A stretch of DNA of 63,620 bases, the filler included, from Octopus bimaculoides (Eukaryota), in assembly GCF_001194135.2 (NCBI RefSeq). It is 7 parts of 7 records of this genome, joined end to end, with 100 filler letters (N's around TTAATTAATTAA, not from the genome) between each part and the next. Parts side by side here need not be neighbours in the genome. Positions count along the whole stretch, not along the records: positions 1 to 23,266 come from NC_069005.1; 6 more parts are not named here. One strand, 5' to 3'. The stretch's first letter is position 1; every line of letters begins with the position of its first letter. Under the pieces are notes generated by a model. That model saw only the letters and a program-made list of their open reading frames with translations, had not been told where the DNA came from and did no database searches. A program made the position numbers and the translations under genes. Positions 1 through 13,243 of the stretch are shown piece after piece.

Positions 1-311
1 TGTGAGTGTTTATTGAGCGAAAGCATCTAAAAGCTCCACGAGGCTCCGGCATGGAGATGGTGGCGAACCCTGCTGTACTCTTTCACCACAACTTTCTCTC
101 ACTCTTACTTCCTGTTTCTGTTGTGCCTGTAATTCAAAGGATCAGCCATGTCATACTGTGTCATGCTGAATACCCCCGAAAACTACGTTAAGGGTACACG
201 TGTCTGTGGAGTGCTCAGCCACTTGCCTGTTAATCTTACGAGCAGGCTGCTCCGTTGATCGGATCAACTGGAACCCTCGACGTCGTAAGCGACGGAGCGC
301 CAACAACAACA
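1..311 (+). mobile_element. tRNA-derived SINE family A (head lies upstream of the window)
   Basis: Body nearly identical to 34062-34369 and 61829-62210; (CAA)n tail. Confidence 0.85.
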
Positions 312-373
312 CAACTTACCTACCTACCTACCTACCTATCTACCTACGCACCTGTATGCACACATATATATAT

Positions 374-530
374 ACAGGTGTGGCTGTGTGGTCAGAAGCT
401 TGCTTCCCAACAACATGGTTCCGGATTCAGTCCCACTGCATAGCATATCGGGCCAGCATCTTCTACTATAGCCTTGGGCCGACCAAAACGTTGTGAGTGG
501 ATTTGGTAGTTGGAAACTGAGAAGCCTGTC

Positions 531-572
<42 letters not shown>

Positions 573-611
573 ATGTATGTATGTATGTATATCTCTCTCT
601 CNNNNNNNNNN

Positions 612-655
<44 letters not shown>

Positions 656-1500
656 GCACGCACACATATGTATCTGTGTGTGTTTCTTTGCGTCTGTGTT
701 TGTCCCCATCGCTGCTTGACAACTGCTGTTGGTTTGTTTACTTCCCTGTAACTTAGCGGTTCATGAAGAGAGACCGATAGTATAAGTACTGTCTAGGTCG
801 TCCCTCAGGACGGATGCGCATACTATAGGAGTCACAGGGCGCTGCTCCATGTGGTCTCGCAGTTTCCATGTAACTAGGAATATTAGGGTCTCATCCGTTG
901 TCTTGTATTCAAGATCCTCTGCATGACATCCTGTTAGCTCAAAGCCAGGAATCTGATCTGTTAGGTCTTGCCGATAACTAAATCCACGCCCTGCTGCCGA
1001 CGCCTCGATTTAGTGTCATTGAGGTTTACTCCTTTAATGGTTAAAGTTTCGTGTGTCTCCTACACTTCGACCTGTCTGACCTGGTAAGTCTTGCCTGAAG
1101 ATTTCTCTCCCTCCAGCATAGCTCTCCGGGTCAATGGAGCTCATTGCCACTTTACCACGACATGGTACTTGTTGAATTGACCGTTGACTACACAGTAGTT
1201 CTGCCGCCCTTAGACGGGTCTTATTTTTCGTTCCGCAGGGTGTCCAACAATCACCCTCCTCACCAAGCAAGCTTGATGGGGTTGCCAGTTTAGTCACCGA
1301 CGACCCGACCATGTGACAGGTTGTACTGGGTTACATGTCACCAGTAGCGCTAAAGAGGGATCTGACGTAGAACACGTATTAGAACTTTAAAAATAAGTCT
1401 AGGGGTCGATTTGTCGGTCCAAAACCCTTAAAGGCAGCGCTCCAACACGACTGCAGCCAAATGAAAGGAACGAGTACAAGAATAAAAGAATAAAAGAATA
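374..1500 (+). mobile_element. SINE family B with internal (TA)n, interrupted by the 790-1374 insert
   Basis: Head GTGGCTGTGTGG...GGTTCCGGATTCAGTCCCACTG; tail resumes at about 1375. Confidence 0.8.
790..1374. mobile_element. Candidate solo LTR (585 bp) inserted in a SINE tail
   Basis: GC-richer insert with TGT...ACA termini. It splits the SINE motif taagtac|tag...aataagtc and has an imperfect 5-bp duplication (agtac/cgtat). Confidence 0.5.
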
Positions 1501-2589
1501 CATACATATTGGTGTTGGGTGAGGAGAGTGCATATCTTCGATTCATATACTACAAATGATCACAATATTTGGGACTATAAAAATCTAAAAGACCTTCTTA
1601 AATTTTAAAGGATACTCATTAAAAGAAGATATTTTCCTTCATAACCTTGCTATCAATTAGGTGGCCGGTCATAAGTAACACATTACTTAAGCAACAATCT
1701 TAAGAAATTAGACTTCTCAAAACCAGAAAGGAAGAAGCTATTTAGAAAAATACTGATTTAAACCACAAATGGAATTTTGAGATACTGTAAAGCTTTCCAA
1801 TAATTTGATATTTAAGCAAATACACGCATGTGTAGACATGCAACTATATGTATGCATGAGAATACATCCATAAAAAGAACATACAAATATGCACATGCTA
1901 TGGCTCCAAATAATGCACATACATGCCAACCTTGCACAAATACGTCGTTGATGTTTTGGTTTCAATGAAGTAGCCTTGAATCTAAGCCGACTCTTTCTCT
2001 ATTGGCATGAAATTGTGAAATAAAACTGAATATAAACATACGTAAATACATATGTACGTAGGTACATAACTAAAACATTCTCACGCAGAAACATTCACTC
2101 TTTTACATGCACAAACACATAGTGTATTTCTCTGATAGGCTCTGAAGAAATGGCTGCTAGTGCTAAGATGTAATCGATTTATATTACATAATACATATGA
2201 CTAAATCGTAGTATCCCCCTTGTCTGTAGACATGATTTATTGAAATAGCAAAGCGTGTGGTTTTGAGTGGTTTCGTTACTCTTTCTAGCTTGCCAGTGGG
2301 TCTTATAAAGACTAGCTCGTTTTGTGAGAGCTGCTATGTATGTATGTATGTACGTATATATTTCCATGTCTTTGAAAAACAGAAGTTGGTCATAGAGTTG
2401 ATAAGGAAGAAAGGGAGAAAGAGAGAGTGTGTGTATGAGTGTGTGAGAGTGAGTGAGAGAGGGAGGGAGGGATAAAGAGATAAGTGTGTGCGCGTGTGAG
2501 AGAGTCTTCTTAAAGAGAGAGAGAGACAACATGAAAAGAAAGATTCGGAGATGATAATGCATCAGCAATGTGTTAGTTAATGGGAGTGT

Positions 2590-2838
2590 TAGGGAAGAGA
2601 GAGAGAGAAGGAGAGCGAGAGAGAGAGAAGGAGAGCGAGAGAGAGAGAAGGAGAGCGAGAGAGAGAGAAGGAGAGAAATAGGGAAAAAGAGAGAGTGAGA
2701 GAGGGAAAAATAGTTAGAGAAGGAGTGAGACAAAAGTAATAAGACAAAGTTGGATCCTGATATACAGAGAACGTGAGAGAGGGAAAGAAAAATGAGAAAG
2801 GTGGAGAGAGAGAGAGAAAGAGAGAAAGAGAGAGATAA

Positions 2839-2885
<47 letters not shown>

Positions 2886-3140
2886 TAGACAATGAGTGCT
2901 CGGTATGGAAACAGAGGTAGATGCAGATATGCAGAGAACGTGAGAGTGTAAATGAAAGAAAGGCAAGCTCTGATGGGTAACGAAATAGAAAGAGATGAAG
3001 TTGATAATGTACGCTTTTGAAAGAGAGCGAAGGAGTAAGAGAAAAAGAGAGAGAGAGAGAGAGAGAGAGTAAAGGAGTAAGAGAAAGAAAGAAAGAAAGA
3101 GAGAGTGAGAGAGAGAGAGAGGGAGAGAGAGAGAGAGACA
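2590..3140. repeat. GA-rich low-complexity tract including a 20-bp unit (gagagagagaaggagagcga)
   Basis: Direct reading. Confidence 0.85.
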
Positions 3141-3576
3141 GATAGAGTGATGGAGAGATGAAGATGGCAACAGGTAGTTGATAGGAATGAGGTGTAATTG
3201 AAAAAAGAATAGAAATTAAAAATAGAATGACGCATATTGTATGTTTAAGTGAGGCAGAAAAATAGAAATAGTTGGGAGACAAAGACAGAGAAAGAGGGAG
3301 AGGGGAAACACGCACACACGCATATATATGTATGTATATGAATATATATATATATGTATGTATATGTAAAGGGAGAGTATTATATACGTGTGCGTGCNNN
3401 NNNNNNNNNNNNNNNNNNNNNNNNNNNNNNNNNNNNNNNNNNNNNNNNNNNNNNNNNNNNNNNNNNNNNNNNNNNNNNNNNNNNNNNNNNNNNNNNNNNN
3501 NNNNNNNNNNNNNNNNNNNNNNNNNNNNNNNNNNNNNNNNNNNNNNNNNNNNNNNNNNNNNNNNNNNNNNNNNNNN

Positions 3577-3610
<34 letters not shown>

Positions 3611-6076
3611 ATGTAAAGGGAGAGTATTATATACGTGTGCGTGCGTTTATTATCTGTGTGTATATATATAGTTATGTATGTATATGAGCGTGTCTTTATA
3701 AGCATAAATGTATACATACATGTGTGTGCAGATACATAGATAGCCATACATGCATACTTACAAACATACATACACATAGTCGCACACACACACACGCGCG
3801 CATACTCACACATGCGCACAACCACAAACACACATGCGGAAACAGAAAAACATAGGGAAATGTTGATTGATTTTTCTTTCAAAGTTGACATGCACTCAAT
3901 GACACACTAAACACACAACAGGGGTGACATACTGCCATTTTGTTTGTTTCATGTTTCCTTATTTTACATTTGTTTCTCCTCCCATTGTTCTTGCTGCTGT
4001 TGTTAATCATAATTGTTTTGCTTGTTGCAGTTGAAGTGATTTTCTGCGTCTTTGTAATCGTGCCGTGATGCATTTCTTTCTTCCTCTCCTTCTTTCTTTT
4101 GTTCTTTCTTTTCTTTCTTTTTATTACATCGTAGTTGAATAACAACTTCGTTGATGATTACAGATTTCTAACTGTGCCAATCACCGACGTAGTGCATTTC
4201 TAACGGAGGGAATTGGCAAGGGAGTACTTGTAACTCAGAGCAGAAATATTATCACAAAGAATATTTTTGGTAAAGAACCGGTCTTCCATTTTTCTCAGTG
4301 ATGTTTATCGCCTTCACCGATGTGTATCAGTGGACGATTTACATATTCATTCATTCATTCATTCACTCATACATACATATTCTATTATTCTTTTATGCGT
4401 TTAAGATTGTGGCCATGCTGTAGCACTGGTAGAGCTATCACCTTTTCAATGGCTATTCCTTTGTGATTGGGTTTCAATGAAAAAGGGAGTTGGATACGGT
4501 TGTTTTCTTATACATACATACAAAATACATGAATGTATACATGCAGAAATGCATACCTACATACGAGCATGCATAATAAATGAATGCAGTTATACATGAT
4601 TTCTTACGTACATTTATACATGCATATGGTGGTTCATATATACATAGAGTTAGAACACTGATAAATCGATAGCCACTACACATTCCTTTTTTTCTCTCCT
4701 TGTTTCTTTCTGTGTTCCTTTCTCTGGAAGAGCGTATGTTCGAAACGCTAAAGACTTTTTCACTTCCCGAGCGTTATACTAATACACCTGTTTGTCGTCT
4801 ACACCACCTGTCTTCGTCTTTTGTTTTTTGTCAATTCTCCCTATATAGATAGATATATAAATAAATAGGTAGGTAGATAGATAGATAGATTGATAGATAG
4901 ATACATACATACATACATACATACATACATACATACATACATACATACATACACGCATAATTATCAAATACCTTATCAGTAAAAGAAGATTTTTCTATAA
5001 CTTCAACATGTGATAAAAAGATTTCGTTTCTGCTATGACAATGCGAAAAATATCAGTTACATGATTAGCAGATGTCCAAAAACGCCCATAAAGAGCATAT
5101 CTCTTCTCTTGAGACACAAAATCGTGTCGATAAAACCATTTACAATGCTGTGCTGATAATGACACCAAAAGTGCACCGGAACATTTAAAACTAAACAATA
5201 CTAGTTGGATATTGCAATAGAAATAGCAACTACGTGTAAATAGAATCGACCATATATTTTTCTATAGGACAGAGAGGAAAAAATCATGTATTGAAGAGAT
5301 CAACAGCCCAATGGATGCGAATGTTTCGTAAAATACTGGTTTCAAATGTTCACCGAAGGTCAACAAGTTGGGGGAAGAGAGTAAGTCGATTACATTGACC
5401 CCAGTGCTCAACTGATACTTATTTTGTCGATCCCGAAATGATCAAAGGCAAAGTCGGATATTTGAACTCAGAACGTAAAAACGGACGAAATGCTGCTAAG
5501 TATTTTGTCCGGTCTTCTAATGATTCTGCTAGCTCACTGCATTTGTCTCGTCAAATACTGTAAGAAAGAAAGATAATCTATGGAGAAGTGAGCCACTTAC
5601 AACTCTCATAGCCGGGTTATAGATTTTCTTTTATACCTATCTTCATAGTCTGAGGTTAGCAACTTCGATGGGTGGAAACTGACTTCATACCACCGCCCTC
5701 AGTACTAGACTGTTACTTTATTTTATCAAACCCCTCAAAGGATGAAAAGTGAAGTTAACTTTGACAGAATCTGAACTCAGATCGTAAAGAGGCGAAAGAA
5801 GTACAGCAATCCATTTTCTCCGAGGCCTGTGTTCAGCGTATATATCCACTTTTCCTGTATTATTTATCGATGTATATATTTCATTGTTGTTGGTGGTGAG
5901 GGTGATGGTGATGGTGGTGATGGTGATGGTGATGGTTTGTAATCTCAGGTCATCCTAATCCAACACTGATATGATCATATGAACTATTCAATTTCAACTT
6001 TGACCACACAAAACTTTTACCTTGAGTCAGTGCATTGAAAACCTTTTCGTAGTTTTGTAACGGTTAAGATGCACTT

Positions 6077-6260
6077 ATGGTGGCGAGCTGGCAGAATCAT
6101 TAGGACGGCGGGCGAAATTACTTAGCGGTATTTCGTCTTTCTTACGTTCTGCGTTCAAATTCCGGTGAGGTCGACTTTGCTTTTTATCCTTTGAGGGTCG
6201 ATAATGTAAGAACCAGTTGAGCAACGGGGTCAATGCTATCAACTTAACACCTGGGTATAA
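6077..6260 (+). mobile_element. tRNA-derived SINE family C
   Basis: GGCGAGCTGGCAGAATC...GTTCAAATTCC..GAGGTCGACTTTGC.TTT.ATCCTTT..GGGTCGATAA; relatives at 5378-5540(-), 5650-5830(-), 9515-9695, 14822-15000, 46195-46325, 48665-48850 and 48945-49135. Confidence 0.8.
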
Positions 6261-8119
6261 GTCTGAAAAATTGCATCCCTTTGCCAAGCCATGTCGATCC
6301 AGTGTGGCAGAGTACGCTCATGAAAATAGTACAATCTGAAGCTCAAATTCAAGACCTCCACATCAGACCACGTTTGGTGGAGAGAACGTGTTGAAGTCAT
6401 AGTCCTTCAGAGAACTGAACATGGGCAATATAATCCAATCCAAGATGTGCTATGTTGATGTCACCAAATATAATGCACGAATAGTTATTGATAATAAATT
6501 TAATAGAAGCTGTGTCTGGTTGAGTTTAGAAGGCTGCAGTTGAAGAACGGCTGCGAGTTGCATAAACGGTTTCAGGAATCTCAGAAATAGGTTAACAGAA
6601 GACATGGTTCATAGTTAACAGTTTTTAGTCAATTGTTACTTTTTTTATTCATAAATTAGGTTGAGGCAGATTAGAAATGTTGGTCAGTGAATTTTTGTAA
6701 ACGGTTTACTACTTAGTAATTGATACGAAAGTAGCCTTGGCACTCCGTCGGTTATGATGACAAGTGTTCTAGTTTATACATCAACGGAATAACATGCTCG
6801 TGAAATAAAGGTAAAAATGGCTGCGTTATCCACAGACACATACCCTTAATGTAATTCTCAGAGAGACTGATTGTGACACACAGAAAGTAACAAGGCTGGC
6901 CCATTGAAATACAGGTACGACGTTTGTCAGTCGAGTGGACTGAAGCAATTTGAAATAAAGTATCTTGCTAAAAGACACCATGCAGCGACTGGTTTCGATC
7001 GGGAGCCGAATATTCTAGCGACTAGGCCACACGCCTTCACTGTAAATGGAGGAAAAACTGTTATAAAGGCTCGCGAGAGATTTGCCATGATGACAAGATA
7101 GCTGGCATTGGTAAATAGTTGACGGAAAAGGAAGGAGAGAGAGAAAGAGAGGAGAGCGAGTGAAAAGAGACGAAGAGGAGAGAGAGAGAGAGGAGAGAGA
7201 GAGAGAGGAGGGTTAGAGAATGAGGCATATGAACTCTCTAAGAGCTCTGAGGAAAGAAGGGATATTTTGTTAGAAGTTCCTTATGATTATACCTGTCCCC
7301 GATTTAGAACTGGCTCAGCAACAATAGAAGTTTGGTGAGGAATGGGACAGATAACACTGATAAATCTAGAGTGAAAATCTAGAGAACAATGGTAAGAAAC
7401 TTGCAGAAACATTCAGGTTGTAGTTTCGATTCTTGGTCGAAAATTCATCATTCATTTACTACACTTTTTGCGATCTGAGGACGATTTTACTGCTAATTTT
7501 CAAACAGTTGAGCAGCCGCTGTGAAATTCTTTCAAGAAAACTTTCAAGCTTACCAGACCAGGAGTCTAACTCATCTCGAAACCGATCCGTAGTTAGTAAC
7601 TGTTATCCACAGCGCTAGAATATCACTTGACATAATTTGACTTCAGACATTAACAAACATGAAGTAAGATCTCTCTAAGAAAATTATTTCGTTATCACCA
7701 CGGGGTTTCTTCACTGATATTTAGTATTCATGAGAAACACACTCAAACACAACACCGAGATGATAAATAAACAACAAATACCGAACAAATAGCAGCGGAA
7801 ATTTCAACCCTTTTCTCTGTTTCTCGTAAGTATTGACACTACCTTTAGGAAATTTATTCATTCTGTGTAATCATTAGGCACCTCGCTCTCTCCTAAAACA
7901 ATTTGCAAAAGCTGATGGCTTTCAGTTAGATATTCTTTCACGTTCCTTCGTTTGTTTTATGACTTCTTAGAAAATGTACGTAACGTAATGCTGTTGAAAT
8001 CTCGCGGGAACGGACTGTGTAATGACGAGCTTCGATAAACGATAATTGTTGAATTAGTAGATTCGATAAAAACATCAGCTCTGATTTCCAGCTCTCTATA
8101 TAAATACGCGCATGTGTGC

Positions 8120-8160
<41 letters not shown>

Positions 8161-8416
8161 CGCGTGTGTAGTTGTGAGTGCGCGGGTGTGTGTGTAAGTC
8201 TATGTATGTATGCATGGTTGGATGGATGGATGGATGGATGGATAGAAGGATGTATATATGCATGTATGGCTTGGTGTATATACGTATGTGGGTGCTTAAG
8301 TGTTAATATATGTGTGTATATATATATATATATATGCGTGTATGTACATGTGTGTAAATAGATGCATAGATATATATATATACATACATACATACACACA
8401 CACACACATATATATT

Positions 8417-8502
<86 letters not shown>

Positions 8503-9034
8503 AATATAAATGTATGTGTATTTTTTGAATGTGTATGAATAACAGGAATAAAAGGAAAAATATATATATATAATATATATATATGCTACTAAAATCTGTA
8601 GTCGAATGTTATTCGTAATGCAACTTAGCTTGGTTTCTTTTAACAACGAAATAAATAACGGTGATATTTGTATTTTCTAAGACTCTTCCTGACTATGGAC
8701 AAAAACCTAACACCATTGGTGTACTAGCGTATCAAAGTATCACCGAGACAGAAAGACATAAGTTTATAAGTATTCTTGTCTGTTTTTATGAGGAACTAGC
8801 AAGGGAGTCTTCTGTATACTCGAAATAGCTACTAAATCTCCGTCTAATCATATTCTACCATCCTAAAACTAAAAGGAAGATCAGATTATTGAATGTATTC
8901 TAAGATACACTGTCTGAAAAAAAGAAGAGATGCTCACTGCTGGAATATTTCTGATCCTGAGTTTTCTCAATCAAAGGTAACGTGGCCCCGTATATCAGCA
9001 AAGGCATGAACTTTATATAAACTTGGTAAGCGTG

Positions 9035-9462
9035 GTAAGCGTGGATGTGTGGTAAGAAGTTTGCTTGCGAACCACATGGTTCTGGCTTCAGTCTCACTGT
9101 ATAGCACACTGGGCAAGGGTCTTCTACTACAGCCTCGGGCAAACCAAAGCCTTGTGGGTAGATCTGATAGCTGGGACCTGAAAGAAGCCTATCGTGCATG
9201 CACACGATGTTTGTGTGTATGCGCGTGTGTTTGTGTCTGTGTTTGTCCCCTACTACTTGACAACCGGTGTTGGTATCTTTACGTCGCCGTTATCTAGCCG
9301 TTCGCCAAAATGTGTCCAAAAGAAAATTACCAAGCTTAAAAACCAAAACAAAAAAACAAAACAAGTACTAGGGTCAATTCGTTCGAGTAAAAAACCTCTT
9401 CAAAGCGGTGCTCCAGTATGGCTGCAGACTGATTACTGAAACAAATAAAAGATAAGGGACTA
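9035..9462 (+). mobile_element. SINE family B
   Basis: Head, body and tail ending in GACTGAAACAAATAAAAGA match the other B copies. Confidence 0.8.
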
Positions 9463-9860
9463 AAAGATAAGAAACAAAACAAAACAGTTTCATAAGTGTA
9501 GTTAATACACATTGGAGAGAAGGCACCGAAATGCCTAGCGCTATTTCGTCTGTCTAAGTCCTCAGTTCAAATTTCGCCGAGGTCGACTTTGACTTTCATC
9601 GTTTCGGGGTCGATAAATTAAGTACCAGTTGCGTACTGGCGTCGATCTAATCCAGTACGCCTCCTCCAAAATTTCGAGCCTTGTGCTTAGAGTAGAAATT
9701 AATATACATGGAAGTGCGGTGGACGATAACATTTAACAGCTGCTCGATATAAATCCGCTTCTTATTCTGGTTAAATCAGGAGTCAAAATTCCTTTGGGTT
9801 CAAGACGGCTTTTAGAATTAGTACTAGTAAAATACTGGTGTGGGTCTGTCAAAGAAATAG

Positions 9861-10280
9861 GCGCAGGAGTGGCTGTGTGGTAAGTAGCTTTCTTACCAAC
9901 CACAGGGTTCCGGGTTCAGTCCCACTGCGTGGCACCTTGGGTAAGGGTCTTCTACTATAGCCTCGGACCGACCAAAGCCTTGTGAGTGCATTTGGAAGAC
10001 GGAAGATGAAAGAAGCCCGTCGTATACATATATATATATTTTTTTTTCGCGTGTGTGTATGTGTTTGTATGTCTGTGTTTGTCTCACCACCATCGCTTGA
10101 CAACCGATGTTAGTGTGTTTATGTTCCCGTAATTTAGCGGTTGGCAAAAGTGACCGATAGAATAAGTAGTATACGCTTACAAAGAATAAGTCCTGCGGTC
10201 GATTTCTTCGACTAAAGGCGGTGCTCCAGCATAGCCGCAGTCAAATGACTGAAACAAATAAAAAAGAATAAAAGAATAAA
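9861..10280 (+). mobile_element. SINE family B, full length
   Basis: GGCGCAGGAGTGGCTGTGTGG head with B box GGTTCAGTCC, internal (TA)/(TG) tract and (AATAAA/AAGA)n tail. Confidence 0.88.
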
Positions 10281-10899
10281 GTAAATGAATAAATAAACAA
10301 ACAAAACGTGTGAAGTCTCGTGCCGGTGTTAACTACTTCTGGCTAATAGGGGATTTGAAGTTATTACGATCTAATGACTAGTCTTGTGATGGTTTACCCT
10401 TGGACCGGTTCTGTGCATGTGAACCTTGTCCAGAGCTTCCTATACGAACGGACAGGGCTCGTACCTTCCCCTGCCGACGTTAAGTGGATTACTGGTACTT
10501 GGGTTACTATGAGTAGACTTGGGATGAATATTGGATTGGTTTCCTGTTGCCTTCTTCAGGCAGGAGGAAATTAAACTGGGAATGGGGTAAACTGGAAGAT
10601 CTACCGTAAAGCATTTTTTCCGACGCTCAAACGATTCTGCTACTCCGAAGAGCAATGTAAAATTATGTTTTGCTCAAGAACACAACGCGCTGCCAGGACC
10701 AGGAATCGAACGCATGATGTAACGATCGTTAATGCAACACCCTAACCCCTAGATGACGTGCCTTCATGATCTAATGACACGCTTGATTAATTGCATAGAA
10801 ATTAGTGATTTTGTATTTTATTCCTGAAGTATTTAAATAACAAAAGCAGATATATCTGTCAAGAAAAAAAAAATCCGGTATCGACTGTCTGTTATGATT

Positions 10900-11325
10900 T
10901 GCTTGTTTCCGTCATTGCACTTCTGCGAACATGCTGGAGTACCATTTTGAAGGGTTCAGTCGAACATATGTAATCCAGTACTTATTTTAAAGCCGGTACT
11001 TATTTTATGGGGGTTTTTTTTTTCACGAAACGCTAGTTACGGGAACATAAACAAAACAACGCAGACACAAGTACACACACATAGATACATAAGTACATAC
11101 ATACACACATACATACATACATCTATACATACATGCATACATACATACATACATACATACATGCACACATATATAAGCACACACGCACGCACACACACAT
11201 CCACATACACAGATATGTATTTATATATATACGACGGGCTTCTTTCAGTTTCCGTTTGCCAAATCCACTCACAAGGCTTTGGACGACCCGTTGTTATAGT
11301 AGAAGAGAGTTGCACAGGTGCCGCG
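10900..11325 (-). mobile_element. SINE family B, degenerate
   Basis: Reverse-complement match to the B body and tail around an internal microsatellite. Confidence 0.7.
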
Positions 11326-11361
11326 CAGAGGGACTCGAAAATCGTTAATGAATATATATAT

Positions 11362-11417
<56 letters not shown>

Positions 11418-11940
11418 CTCGCTTTCATTTCTGACAAATACAGAAGATACATCCTATTATGTGTCAAAAAATTAAGCTTCACTAGCGAAAAGTCTATCGA
11501 CGTTGTAAACATACCAGAATAATAGCGATCAAAGCACCAATTTAAGCATACAGAAATGTATACGAGAAAATGAAAAGTTAAATGCCATTAGCATAATGAA
11601 CTGTAAATTACCGGAAGCCAATATATTTGACGCATGGTGCATTAAAATAAAAGGTTGAAGCTGAGAAAGGGATAGTATGAAAAAATATGTTTAATCTTTA
11701 CCTAAAATTATGTTTTTAATTATTCAAGAAAGGAAGGAAGCTCAACTAACGAAGCTCGAAAATGCACAAGCAGATCCGGAGTTATCTTCCGTAACTGACA
11801 TAAAGCTCATAACAAAATTAGTTATCGACTAATATTAGTTTTTCTCACCTCATATTTTATTCTACTTTAAGCGTTTTAATATTCCATGAATTAAACATGA
11901 TGGTGTCCATTTGGTTACAATTTTTCATGCATATAGCTCC

Positions 11941-12010
<70 letters not shown>

Positions 12011-12013
<3 letters not shown>

Positions 12014-12524
12014 TAGTTTTATTCTTATAACGTGCTTTCACTTCCCTACCGAGCGCAGCTCTGTGTGCCTTGGGTATGTGCTGTGGTTTGCTGTGATGCT
12101 CTTATGGTTACTGTATTGAAAGTGTTTTGCGTAGGATGTGTGCAGTGCCCAGTAGTGAAATTTTCTGTATGTTATATATATTTGTAAGTCCTGGTGTTTT
12201 TGTTATGTATTTGTCTGAATATTTTTTTATGATACCTAAGGCACCTACTATGATAGGAATTGTTTCTGTTTTTAGATTCCACATTCGAGTTACCTCTATT
12301 TCCAGGTCTTTGTATTTTGAAAGTTTCTCCATTTCTTTTAGAGAAACGTTGTCATCTGCTGGTATTGATACATCAATTAGAAAGCATTTTTTAACTTCAT
12401 GATCTCTGACAACTATATCTGGCCTATTGCCTTAATTTCTCTATCTGTGTGTATGTGTATTGGCATATCCCAGAATACGGTTGCTTTCTCGCTTTCTTTG
12501 ACCTTTTCTGGCGTGTGACTATAT
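12011..12524 (-). mobile_element. R4/Dong-like non-LTR element 3' end (restriction-like endonuclease) with TAA tail
   Basis: NRPDIVV..IDVSIP..EKLSKYKDL..W..PIIVGALG, a 3' UTR, then (TAA)n. Nearly identical to the copy at 58248. Confidence 0.85.
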
Positions 12525-12583
12525 CTTCTTCTTCTTATTATTATTATTATTATTATTATTAGTAGTAGTAGTAGTATTAGTAT

Positions 12584-12645
<62 letters not shown>

Positions 12646-13193
12646 TGGCTGTCGAGTGGTGAGTTCATTGTCCTGTTTTGTCCCCCAGGTTTGGTGGATA
12701 TGTCAGTTATGTTTTACAATTATAGTTGCTTGCGTTTTCCCCACTGACATGGAGAAAGAACAACAAAACACGGTGATGCTCATATGTGAGGGAAGGTGTG
12801 AGAGTGAGGAGTGTTACCAGTGAGAGAGAGTGTGAGTGTGGCAAACGAATTAGCACTAAGAAAAACCAATTAGCGCTAAAAAAAACAAAAAAAAAACGGA
12901 CGATGATTGTATTTTTGCTGAAAGAAAGAACGAAAAAGACAGCAGAGCCAATTTTTTCGAGAAGGATCTCTTAGAAGATCTTCGGAAAAACAACTGGTCC
13001 GTTTTCGACGACATTGTTCGAAATAAAAACGGCAATTTCGAAAATGTAAACAATGAGAGTCCTTTCGTGAGCGAAGCAACGTACGATGCGAGTACAAGTA
13101 ACAACACCAGTAACAGCAAGAACAATCGCAACAACAACCACGTCAGCAGTTCCATCAACAACTACAACAACAACAATACGAACAACAACAACG

Positions 13194-13243
<50 letters not shown>

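Noticed and set aside
3325-3640. Identical sequence of about 70 bp on both sides of the 3398-3576 gap
   Set aside because: Most likely an unmerged contig overlap rather than a true duplication.
2179-3891. 570-aa ORF and the many YI/CV/SL/HT-repeat ORFs in the track
   Set aside because: Translations of dinucleotide and tetranucleotide microsatellites and N gaps, which contain no stop codons.
8775-8840. Possible hammerhead (ATGAGGA...ACTCGAAATAGCTAC)
   Set aside because: Core C3 is missing, stem II is not adjacent to the core, and stem I cannot be drawn. Too degenerate to call.
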